From NCBI GenBank assembly GCA_019057375.1, contig DXJF01000128.1, forward strand, positions 1 to 22,986: 22,986 nt of DNA, given 5' to 3'. Positions 1 to 9,100 of the stretch are shown here, in pieces; within the stretch, counting starts at the first letter, position 1; every line of letters starts with the position of its first letter. The notes under the pieces were generated by a model. The model saw only the letters and a program-made list of their open reading frames with translations, was not told the origin of the DNA and made no database searches. The position numbers and the translations under genes are program-made. The DNA is from Candidatus Heimdallarchaeota archaeon (GTDB lineage: Archaea > Asgardarchaeota > Heimdallarchaeia > Heimdallarchaeales > Heimdallarchaeaceae).

Positions 1-762
1 AGAGAATCACCTATCATCAGATGGGCTATTGTAGCACTACTAATGACTGTAATCTTCGGTTTTGTCCAGTATTCTTATTTTGGTAAAGATGATTTGAATT
101 TAGCACAACTCACAATACCTGTTGCAGCAATGCTTGCAGCCAGCTATGTTATTTATCTAGTCTACTTAATTTTTGTAAAAGAAAATACCAACAAAATGGC
201 TAAAAATCTAGAGGATAATGTAGACGAGACGGAAGAACAACACAAAACAGATGAAGAACACACTAAGAGTGGTTCTAATGATCATGAACTTCTTTCTAAA
301 CCATTAACAATTTTTCTTCTCATACTAGGATTTGTAGGCATTTATTTTGGTGGTGAAACACTTATTGAAAGCGTTCAGCATCTATTAAGTAATGTTACTT
401 TCTTTTCTTCTCCAAAAGGACCTTTAACTGCAGCTCTGATATTAGGTGCAGCTGGAGCAGTTCCCGAGCATGGAATTGCGATTATATCAGCAGCGAAAGG
501 TGAAATAGAAGTAGGAATTGGTAATGCAATGGGGGGAATTCTACAATCAACATTACTGATTTTTGGTATTATTGGAATCATGGTTTCAATAACTCTTCAT
601 CCATTTATACTAATTCAATTGGGATCAATTGCAGGAACGCTCTGGTTTGTTAAAAGGTGTATACAGGATGGAAGATTTGATACGTTTGAGGCTATAATGA
701 TTATTTTTCTTCAAATTCTCGTTTTCATAATACTATTTGAGGATATAGCAATTCTACAATGA
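1..762 (+). CDS. Ca2+/cation antiporter (CaCA superfamily), 5'-truncated by the window edge
   Basis: Frame is open from base 1 (RESPIIRWAIVALLM...). Multiple TM helices, an acidic cytoplasmic loop (EDNVDETEEQHKTDEEH) and an alpha-2-repeat-like segment GAVPEHGIAIISAAKGEIEVGIGNAMGGILQ. Confidence 0.8.
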   Translation, partial: RESPIIRWAIVALLMTVIFGFVQYSYFGKDDLNLAQLTIPVAAMLAASYVIYLVYLIFVKENTNKMAKNLEDNVDETEEQHKTDEEHTKSGSNDHELLSKPLTIFLLILGFVGIYFGGETLIESVQHLLSNVTFFSSPKGPLTAALILGAAGAVPEHGIAIISAAKGEIEVGIGNAMGGILQSTLLIFGIIGIMVSITLHPFILIQLGSIAGTLWFVKRCIQDGRFDTFEAIMIIFLQILVFIILFEDIAILQ

Positions 763-765
763 AGA

Positions 766-800
766 TATTTTTCTTCTTTTTTTCTATTTTTATTTTTTTT
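766..800 (+). terminator. Archaeal-type oligo-T terminator tract after the antiporter
   Basis: tatttttcttcttttttctatttttatttttttt directly after the stop codon. Confidence 0.55.
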
Positions 801-888
801 CATCATTTAAGAAATTGTAGACTTAATTGAAACTAAACTTCATTATTTTCCTTTCTGGGTTTAAATATTCTACATTAGTTTTCATATT

Positions 889-1125
889 ATGCGTAGTCAC
901 CAGATTCTACCTGGTACGGATCAAACTGAGAAAGAAGTGGTATTATTACACAAGAATGGGGAAATCATCTCTATAAACAAATCCGTCTATCAAGTTAGAA
1001 TTTACAAGGAACCAAATAGAAAAATTTTCACAACATCAATTGAAAGAGCATATCTGATTTTAAAAAAGAACGATTATGATTATTCAGAAGCAGACTTTTA
1101 CTATAATAATAAAAATGAAGGATGA
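889..1125 (+). CDS. Small hypothetical protein (78 aa)
   Basis: Fills an otherwise empty gap and ends 4 nt from the convergent rocD stop. No recognisable motif. Confidence 0.5.
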   Translation: MRSHQILPGTDQTEKEVVLLHKNGEIISINKSVYQVRIYKEPNRKIFTTSIERAYLILKKNDYDYSEADFYYNNKNEG

Positions 1126-1129
1126 AGTA

Positions 1130-2362
1130 TTAATTTACTTCACTGAAAACTTTCTCTATAATATCCAAAGCCCAACTTAATTCAGATTTTGTTACTACTA
1201 AAGGAGGAGCAAATCTAATTGAAAATTCATGTGTTTCTTTAGCAAGTAAACCTACAGGAGAATTATTCTTCATTGCTTCAGTATAGTAACGAGCTTTATC
1301 ATTTAGCTCAATAGCGACTAATAGACCCTTACCTCTAACTTCCTTAATTTTCTTCGGATATTTTTCTTGAATTCTCTTTAAACCATCAACAAAGAATTTA
1401 CCGAGCTCTAAAGATAAAGCAGAATAATCTACTTCTCTGATAAGATTGCAAACAGCATCTAGTACAGCCATTCCTAAACTATTCCCACCCCAAGTGGAAC
1501 CGTGAGTTCCAGGAGTAAGAACACCCATTATTTCCCAATTTGACAAAACACCAGAAACTGGAAAAACTCCACCACCAACCGCTTTGGCAACTAGAGTTAT
1601 ATCAGGTTTGATACCTTCATGATCAGATGCAAAAAGAGCTCCTGTTCGACAGAGTCCAGTTTGGATTTCATCAGCAATTGTTAGAACGTTGTTTTTCTTA
1701 CAAATTGCTTCTACTTCTTTCAGATATCCTTCAGGAGGAATTAAAACTCCCGCTTCTCCTTGAATTGGTTCAAACATAAAAGCTACTGTATTCTTATTAA
1801 TTGCTTTCTCTAATTCTTTAGCATCACCATAAGGTATAACCGTAAAACCAGGTGTCTTTGGTCCAAAACCAGAAAAAGCATCAGGATCAGTTGAAAAACC
1901 AATTATTGTAATTGTTCTTCCATGGAAGTTATTTTCACAAACAATAATTTCTGCTTTGTTTTCATCTACTCCTTTCTTTTCATAACCCCATTTTCTAGCT
2001 ATTTTCAGAGCGGATTCAACAGCTTCAGCACCAGTGTTCATTGGAAGAAAGACATCATAGTTAGTCAATTCACATAGATTCTTTGCTGCTTTTCCCATAG
2101 CATCATTACAGAAAGCTCTAGATGTTAGAATAACCTTATTTGCTTGTTTCTTGAGCGCTTTTACTAACTTAGGATTGTTATGACCAAAATTCTGGCTTGA
2201 ATAAGCACTTAAACAATCTAGGTATTTTTTGCCATCGACATCCCAAACCCATGTTCCCTTAGCTTTTTTAATAACTACAGGAATTGGTTTGTAATTGTGA
2301 GCGGTCCATTTTTTATCTAATTCTAAATAATATTTTGACATATTCTTGATATTTTTAGGCAT
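1130..2362 (-). CDS. rocD: Ornithine aminotransferase (class III PLP aminotransferase)
   Basis: Motifs AHNYKPIPVV, DCLSAYS, MNTGAEAVESA, NFHGRT, EPIQGEAGV, DEIQTGLCRTG, PLP lysine in AKAVGGG, HGSTWGGN and IRFAPPL. Confidence 0.9.
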   Translation of the reverse strand: MPKNIKNMSKYYLELDKKWTAHNYKPIPVVIKKAKGTWVWDVDGKKYLDCLSAYSSQNFGHNNPKLVKALKKQANKVILTSRAFCNDAMGKAAKNLCELTNYDVFLPMNTGAEAVESALKIARKWGYEKKGVDENKAEIIVCENNFHGRTITIIGFSTDPDAFSGFGPKTPGFTVIPYGDAKELEKAINKNTVAFMFEPIQGEAGVLIPPEGYLKEVEAICKKNNVLTIADEIQTGLCRTGALFASDHEGIKPDITLVAKAVGGGVFPVSGVLSNWEIMGVLTPGTHGSTWGGNSLGMAVLDAVCNLIREVDYSALSLELGKFFVDGLKRIQEKYPKKIKEVRGKGLLVAIELNDKARYYTEAMKNNSPVGLLAKETHEFSIRFAPPLVVTKSELSWALDIIEKVFSEVN

Positions 2363-2429
2363 ACAACCACCACTTTCAGTTTTCTAAAGGGGAATTGATT
2401 TTTAAAATTTTAGATACAAAGAAGATAAA

Positions 2430-3437
2430 CTACGACCTTCTTTTTTTTCTAATGTAAATCAAACCTGAAAGTAGAGTAATAGCAGCTAATATTGACATGA
2501 TTGAGAAAGGAGTTTTTTCAATTGAGATATAGACTTCCAAATCATTAATCTCAAATAAGCTGTCTACTAAAAATATGAAAATATCACCAAGAGCTTGTTC
2601 TCCTTCAATCCATTCAATAGAGCTAAAATCAAACTCGAAATTTTGTATTATTGTTCCAAGAGGTGTACCAAAAAGAAAAGCTGTTTTAAAACCAATCAGT
2701 GATAATTTAACATTGGAAAAATCTAAGGTTATATTACTTAGAAGTGTATTAAATGTGGGACTTTTATCTTCAATAGCTATTTCAGTAAAATAGATATCAT
2801 CAGAATCAGTCCATGATAGCTCTTCACCTAAAACTATTACATTCAATCTAATTGTTCCTTTCAGTAGAACAATAGGAGTAAGTTCTAGTCCAACCGATTG
2901 TATCTCTGGTAATTCAGGAATCTCAATATCATTTACTGTAAAGAGGATAGGGCTGAAATTTATGGGAATCGTGATATTTTCGCCCAATAAGGTCTCAAAA
3001 TCAGCAAATGATTCACTTTCACCTTCCATCACATCAATATAAACAGGTCCAGTACTGGGAGTTACTATAATTATTGTACCATTTAATCCGAGAGTAAAAT
3101 TTCCTGGATTACTTCCTATTTGTAACCCAAATTCTGTAGTGCCATCTTTGACATCCTTGTTCAAGTATGAAGTAAAATTAAGTGGTACATGCATATTAGT
3201 GTTAAAAGATAGTCTTGGTGCAATTGCATATCCCAATGTGTCATTTGCAATATTAAAGAATAAATTTATATTATAATCTTTAGTGAAATTTATTAAACTA
3301 GAAGAAGTAAACCAATCTTCTATATTTTCAACTGTATCCTTCTGAAATTCAGCTGCAACATCACTATTTAGTGATTGAAAACTAATACTGATTAGAATAG
3401 TTAACGTGATTATAGTAAATATTTGTTTCTTCTTCAT
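2430..3437 (-). CDS. Secreted, C-terminally anchored acidic surface (glyco)protein with a PGF-CTERM-like sorting tail
   Basis: Start reassigned to ATG 3437 (MKKKQIFTIITLTILISISF..., signal peptide). C-terminus KTPF-SIMSILAAITLLSGLIYI-RKKRRS. Eight N-x-S/T sequons. Confidence 0.75.
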   Translation of the reverse strand: MKKKQIFTIITLTILISISFQSLNSDVAAEFQKDTVENIEDWFTSSSLINFTKDYNINLFFNIANDTLGYAIAPRLSFNTNMHVPLNFTSYLNKDVKDGTTEFGLQIGSNPGNFTLGLNGTIIIVTPSTGPVYIDVMEGESESFADFETLLGENITIPINFSPILFTVNDIEIPELPEIQSVGLELTPIVLLKGTIRLNVIVLGEELSWTDSDDIYFTEIAIEDKSPTFNTLLSNITLDFSNVKLSLIGFKTAFLFGTPLGTIIQNFEFDFSSIEWIEGEQALGDIFIFLVDSLFEINDLEVYISIEKTPFSIMSILAAITLLSGLIYIRKKRRS

Positions 3438-3543
3438 TCTCTTCAAAATAATAATGGGAGCATAATCTATAAAAGCTTCGCATTTACAAAAATTGGTTGG
3501 AAAACCCAAAAGAATTTAATAGAACATACTTTAATAAAAAGAT

Positions 3544-4524
3544 ATGAATGAAAAAGCCATGGAAATGGAAGATAAAAGTCAACAAAGACGACTAATAAAA
3601 GAAAAAAAACAGAAAGAAAAAAAAGTAAAAGTCAGAGAAAAAACCTTTTGGCAAATTGTCTGGTCAGGAATACTTGTTTTTCTTAAAATTATCTGGAAAA
3701 TTATCAAATTCATTCTAAAATATATACTATTTCCATTCTGGATTACAGGAGCTTTAATGGTCAAATGGTATAAATTCTTGCGATTCAGAAGCGACGAACC
3801 TTTAACGAAAGAAGATAGAAATTTCCTCTCCTTAATCCCTCATACTTTCTTTATGATTGGATTAACAATTGTTCTATTTTATCTATTGTTCTACTTGGAT
3901 GTTTTCGAAGATACAAAAAATTTAATTGATCCAGGTTTTTGGGCATCTGTTGGCAGCTGGTTTGTTGATTTAGGTCAAGGAATCTACTGGTTACTAGATG
4001 TTATATTTGTTAAGTTCCTTTGGGAAATGATTGTTCTACCATTCGCTGGAATTCTCCAACAGCACCAATGGGTTTCAGCTGCTGTTCTTCTAGCTGTTGT
4101 AATCGTTGGTGGAGGATTACTAATTCTACTGTATAATTTAATAAAGAAAGGAAAACTGATTATATGGTTGAAGAAAGTTTTTAGAGGATTAATTGACTGG
4201 GTTAAGAATACTCATCAGAAAGTAAAGGATTTTATTCTGAAGTATCTCATTGGCGAAAAGTATGTGAACTCTAGATCTAAGAATTTCTTCTGGACAAATG
4301 TTTTATTCCAACTAATAGTGACAGTAACTTTCTTTGTTTTCGCAATCTATATGGGAATCCAGAAATACTTCAACGATCCCATAGCTCCTTGGGGTGAAGG
4401 AGATGTTCTAAGATTCGCAGCTTATGCAGCAGCTATCTTATTCGTTGGTGTAGGAATATTTGCTACTTGGTTCTTTACAATCGTACATGGTGTTTCTTCA
4501 GATCCTCCAGAAAAAACTGAATAA
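3544..4524 (+). CDS. Hypothetical polytopic membrane protein with a Lys-rich N-terminus
   Basis: 326-aa ORF with roughly 6-7 hydrophobic segments separated by basic loops. No family recognised. Confidence 0.75.
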   Translation: MNEKAMEMEDKSQQRRLIKEKKQKEKKVKVREKTFWQIVWSGILVFLKIIWKIIKFILKYILFPFWITGALMVKWYKFLRFRSDEPLTKEDRNFLSLIPHTFFMIGLTIVLFYLLFYLDVFEDTKNLIDPGFWASVGSWFVDLGQGIYWLLDVIFVKFLWEMIVLPFAGILQQHQWVSAAVLLAVVIVGGGLLILLYNLIKKGKLIIWLKKVFRGLIDWVKNTHQKVKDFILKYLIGEKYVNSRSKNFFWTNVLFQLIVTVTFFVFAIYMGIQKYFNDPIAPWGEGDVLRFAAYAAAILFVGVGIFATWFFTIVHGVSSDPPEKTE

Positions 4525-4637
4525 TAATGAAGAAACTTTTCATTTTTTCTATATTCTTTAAAATTAAGCACTTAATTATATTGATGACAGAAACTTTAAA
4601 GCCTAGTTTTTACAATCTTCACATTATTGGTGATGAA

Positions 4638-5651
4638 ATGGCAATTCGAATTGGTATAAATGGTTTTGGAAGAATTGGAAGAGGGATTTTTCGAGCAGGA
4701 TTTAACAATTCAGATATTGAATTTGTTGGAATTAATGATATTGGTGATTCAAAAACTATGGCTCATTTACTGAAGTACGATAGTGTTCATGGTATTTTTA
4801 ATCACAAAATTGAAGCAACTGATTCATATTTAATTGCTGATGATGTAAAAATACCTATTTCAAAAGAAAGGGACCCAGTAAATATTCCTTGGAAAGATTG
4901 GGGAGTTGAGATAGTTTTCGAATGTGTAGGATTTTTTAGAACATTTGAGCTTGCGTCTAAGCACATTGAAGCTGGAGCGAAAAAAGTAATTCTTTCTGCA
5001 CCAGATAAAGGTAAATTAAAACCTATTCCTGCTATTGTGTTAGGGGTTAATGAAGACAAATTCAATCCCACGGAGGATGTTGTAATCTCTAACGCTAGTT
5101 GTACAACTAACTGTTATGCGCCAGTAACCAAGGTTTTAGATGACGCATTTGGTATTGAATCAGGATTTATGACTACTATTCATTCCTATACAACAAATCA
5201 AAGATTATTAGACTTACCTCATAGTGATTTACGTAGATCAAGATCAGCAGCTCTATCTATGATTCCAACATCTACAGGTGCCGCTACAGCAGTAGGAAAA
5301 GTACTACCACATCTTCAAGGAAAACTTGATGCTATGTCAGTTAGAGTTCCAACTCCAAATGTTTCTCTAATAGATGCGGTTTATACTCTTGGAAAAGAAG
5401 TAACTGCAGAAGAGGTTAACAACAAATTCATTGAAGCATCAAAAAGCAATCTAAAAGACATCTTAGCGGTTTCTAATGAACCCCTAGTTTCTATAGATTA
5501 CAATGGAAATCCGTTCTCTGCAACTGTTGATTTATCTCTAACAAAAGCAATTAAGAATCAAATCAAAGTTGTTGCTTGGTATGATAATGAAACTGGATAC
5601 TCAACAAGAATGGTAGATTTAGCAAAATATGTAGCAAGTAAGGGACTATAA
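4638..5651 (+). CDS. gap: Glyceraldehyde-3-phosphate dehydrogenase, class I (bacterial/eukaryotic type), probably NAD-dependent
   Basis: Start reassigned to ATG 4638 (GGTGA RBS at 4629-4633). Motifs GINGFGRIGR, INDIG, YDSVHG, catalytic ASCTTNC, LDLPHSDLRR, IPTSTGAA, RVPTPNVS and WYDNE. Confidence 0.95.
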   Translation: MAIRIGINGFGRIGRGIFRAGFNNSDIEFVGINDIGDSKTMAHLLKYDSVHGIFNHKIEATDSYLIADDVKIPISKERDPVNIPWKDWGVEIVFECVGFFRTFELASKHIEAGAKKVILSAPDKGKLKPIPAIVLGVNEDKFNPTEDVVISNASCTTNCYAPVTKVLDDAFGIESGFMTTIHSYTTNQRLLDLPHSDLRRSRSAALSMIPTSTGAATAVGKVLPHLQGKLDAMSVRVPTPNVSLIDAVYTLGKEVTAEEVNNKFIEASKSNLKDILAVSNEPLVSIDYNGNPFSATVDLSLTKAIKNQIKVVAWYDNETGYSTRMVDLAKYVASKGL

Positions 5652-5653
5652 TG

Positions 5654-6019
5654 CTACATCTCTTCTAGACTTTTTATCAAAGCAACTAAGGCTTTGTATA
5701 AACAATCTGAGCATTCTTTAGCATCAGGATCCATGAAAAGTAGAGTTTCTCTTGTGTTTTCATAGACTTTTTGAGGAATTGATCTACCTCTGAGCTCTAT
5801 TCTTTTCTTTTTAGTTGGACAATAAATTGCATTTTCATCATCCAAAACCACAGCGTTTAAACAAAATGTAGGGTTAGCAAACTCTTCCAAATCTGCAGTA
5901 AGAAGCTCATCAGGATCATAAAAAGAGACTAATAAGATCATTTCAAGCTCATCTTCAAGAATACAATAAGTAGTATATTCAATCTCTCTATGCATTGGAC
6001 AGGGTTGCATTATCCACAT
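5654..6019 (-). CDS. Small Cys-rich hypothetical protein (possible metal-binding)
   Basis: 121 aa with 6 Cys, including CPMH and CSDC. Abuts the gap stop convergently with a 2-nt gap. The true start could be ATG 6010. Confidence 0.6.
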   Translation of the reverse strand: MWIMQPCPMHREIEYTTYCILEDELEMILLVSFYDPDELLTADLEEFANPTFCLNAVVLDDENAIYCPTKKKRIELRGRSIPQKVYENTRETLLFMDPDAKECSDCLYKALVALIKSLEEM

Positions 6020-6094
6020 CGGAATCTACGCCTTGATATAGACATCTGCTAATGATAAATAAAAATCTTACATAATACCTACGCGATATGAATC

Positions 6095-6114
6095 AAGTGA
6101 AGGAAAAAGGGAGA
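6095..6114 (-). terminator. Pyrimidine/T-rich tract ending the three-gene operon
   Basis: Minus strand reads tctccctttttccttcactt immediately after the 6115 stop. Confidence 0.4.
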
Positions 6115-9100
6115 TTATTGTCTTATAGGGGCCCTACTTCTGAAATCATAGTAAATTTTGGTTATTTCCCTAACAATTTCTTCATTAAAGGTTACAATTA
6201 AAAGAGGATCTCCACTTGGAGCTTTGTGTCCTAAGAAACCTTCTTCTATACCATCTCTGGTTGCCATCATTACTGTTAGGTTTGGATCATCCTTTACAAC
6301 TACATTCCCCATCCCAAGCAATTTACTTAAGATAGTTTTATCTTCATCTGTATGAGCTGTTGTATTTGTTACAATTTCTAGTTTTCTGGCAAAGGTTTCA
6401 ATGAATTCAGAATCTATCCAATTTAGTCTTGGGCAGATTACTGTGGCAGAAGACTTTGTATTTCTCAATAGAGACATCATAGTTCCATTAACTTGTTCGT
6501 TACCTGTTACTATCCACATATCTTCAATTGGATTTGGTTCAATTCCTGATCCCAGTGATAAAACACTCTTGATTAATTTCATTGATTCCCCTGTTGCATC
6601 TAAAGCACCACCAATCTTATTTGGAATTGAACTTAGTGTTCCTGAAATACTAGTGTCTACATTTTCAATTTCTTGTTGAGTTCCTTTGATTATATTCTCT
6701 TTAAAACTCATAAGTTTAGAACTGTAATCATCTTTCTCAGTATCTACAATCTTTGAATCCTCTTGAGTTTCATTTAATTTTTCTGTTAGAGAATTCAAAT
6801 TGGAATCAAATAGGTCAGTTAAAGTTTTTTCTAGATTACTGAGGTCTGCATTAACTGCATCATTTCCGGAAGTTATAGCCTCTGTAAGAGCATCCTTTGT
6901 TCCTTGTATATTAGTTACCAAAGCAGATGAATTTGAATCTGAATTAGTAATAAAACTATTAACTTGATGAGACATGTTTAATTCATAATCATTCTTTTCT
7001 TTTTCAAACTCATTTTGAATTTCTGTGGCATTATTAACAAAGTCAGTCGTCATGCGTTCATAGGATTTCTCTAGATCTCTTTGAACGCTAGTAAACATTG
7101 AATCGATTTCTGTCTGTGCACCTACTTGAAATTCTTTTATGGAGGAGCCCAAATTAGTTGCAAATGAATCAGAGTCAGTTTTAACCCATTTTGGATAATT
7201 TGCGCCAAGCTTTTGAAGCTCTCCCTTAGTAATAGCAAGTGCTTCATCTAATAATGATGATTTCTCAGGAGAAACATTTAATTCTGCCAATACACCTTCA
7301 GTACCTTCAATAAACTGTTGGACTTCTTGCTCAATTAGATCATTAATCTCGGTTTCAACCTTTGCTGTTTGAGCACTATAGTTTTTAGCAGCCTCATCTA
7401 GAGTGACAGAAATGTCAGTATCAAGAGCCTCTTTCGCAGATTTAAATTCACTTTGCAAAGATTTCATTGTTACATCCATTGAGGAAGTAGCTTTGGTTAC
7501 TAATTTGGAATGATCATCGATGTTTGTCTTAAGTAATTCCTGAAGATTAGTTATTACTTCGATATTATTCTTCTTCATTACATCAAGAATTTCTTGTTTT
7601 GTTGTTTGCAGAGCTTCTAGACCGTCTTGAATTGTCAGATGAATTTCTGTTTGACCTTCATTATCTTCAGTTGAATCTGGAGCTTGGAGAAGTTCATCTA
7701 ATGAACCACTTATGGATTTAGTTATGTCCGAAAATGCCTTAGATTCAGCTCCTATTACATCAGCTAATGATTTAGTGCTTGTTCCTTGTAGCTCATTAAA
7801 TTGCTCTTCATAAGTGTTATAAGTTTCTTCAATAGTTCTTTTCATATCATCTGAAGATGCTGTAAATTGACTACTGATTTCACTCCTTGAAATGTCAAAT
7901 GATTGGCTGGTTTTTTGAAGGGTATCTGTTGTGAATCTTGCTAAATCTTCTAATCTTATATTCATTTTTTCAAATATCTCATTAGACAAAGAATTCATTG
8001 AATTTGTCAATGTTTGAATCATTTCCTCCATTTTAATTCCAACATTCTCCTTTACTAGCTCAATATCTCTATTCATACTTCCGATTAGTTGAGCCATACG
8101 TGGTCCCTCTTCTTTTCCAAATACTTTTTGAAGCTGTTTCTCATCTAATCCTTGAAATGCTTGGTTAATCACTTCAATTTTTGCAATTGATGATTTAAGC
8201 TGATCATCTAATTCTTGTAATCTTTCAAGGCTAGTTTGATAGTTAATCTGAACAACGTTAGGTACTTCATCCCTAACATCTCTTCCTCTTTTAGAAAATT
8301 CATCTGAAAAAACTTCAACATCAGATTTGAATTTGTTTTCCTTTTCAGTTATTAGATTTTGAATTGTTTCGTTGTTATCCTTAACGTTTTTCTCAATATT
8401 AGAAATAACAGTGGCTTTTAATTCATTAATATGAGAAGTAAAGTTCTCTTTGAATTCCTCATGTGAGATAGCAAACTTTTCTTTCCTCTCATTCAAAGCC
8501 TTTTCATATTTTTTAGTTGTTTTCGATAATTTATCTAAATACGCGTTAGTTGATTCTCTAAAAGCAGTCATTATGTCTTCTACAAATAGTTTGATTTGAT
8601 TACTTACATTTTCAATTGAAGAAGACAGATTTTCTTCAAACAGATTGAAACCAATTTCTATTCCTGAATTAAGTAAAGATAGTAGATTATCACTATTCTT
8701 TTTGAATTCTTTAAGATATGAGGCTAAATCATTACTCAGTTTAACTTTCATTTCCTCTGTTTTCGCTTCAGCTTGTGTAATTAAATCTCCCAGCTTTTCA
8801 ACAGAATCAACTTTAGTTTTATTCAGTAAATCAACAAACTGATTCTCATTCCCTCTCAAAATATTTACTGCTGTTTCTTTTGATTTATCAATTGAGGTTC
8901 TTATTCTGTCTGTTGTTGCGTCTTCAAGTTTTTTCAATTCATCATTTAATGAAATAAGAATCTGCTGTACTTTTACTTGATATTCGTCAAGCTTTTTCTC
9001 ATAGTTTGCGATAATTTTGTTTACTGTATCTGAAAGCTTCTTAGAGGAATCTCTCACAACTACGTTTGAATCTGCTGAGATCTTTTTAACAGCTTCATCA

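Noticed and set aside
4527-4637. N-terminal extensions given by the ORF track for gap (also 3438-3509, 22822-22935, 9889-9897 and 11352-11360)
   Set aside because: Downstream ATGs have correctly spaced RBS motifs and match family N-termini. The extensions look like non-coding AT-rich sequence.
4638-5651. Erythrose-4-phosphate dehydrogenase (Epd) instead of GAPDH
   Set aside because: The active-site region reads HSYTTNQ and IPTSTGAA as in GAPDH, not the Epd-type HSAM.
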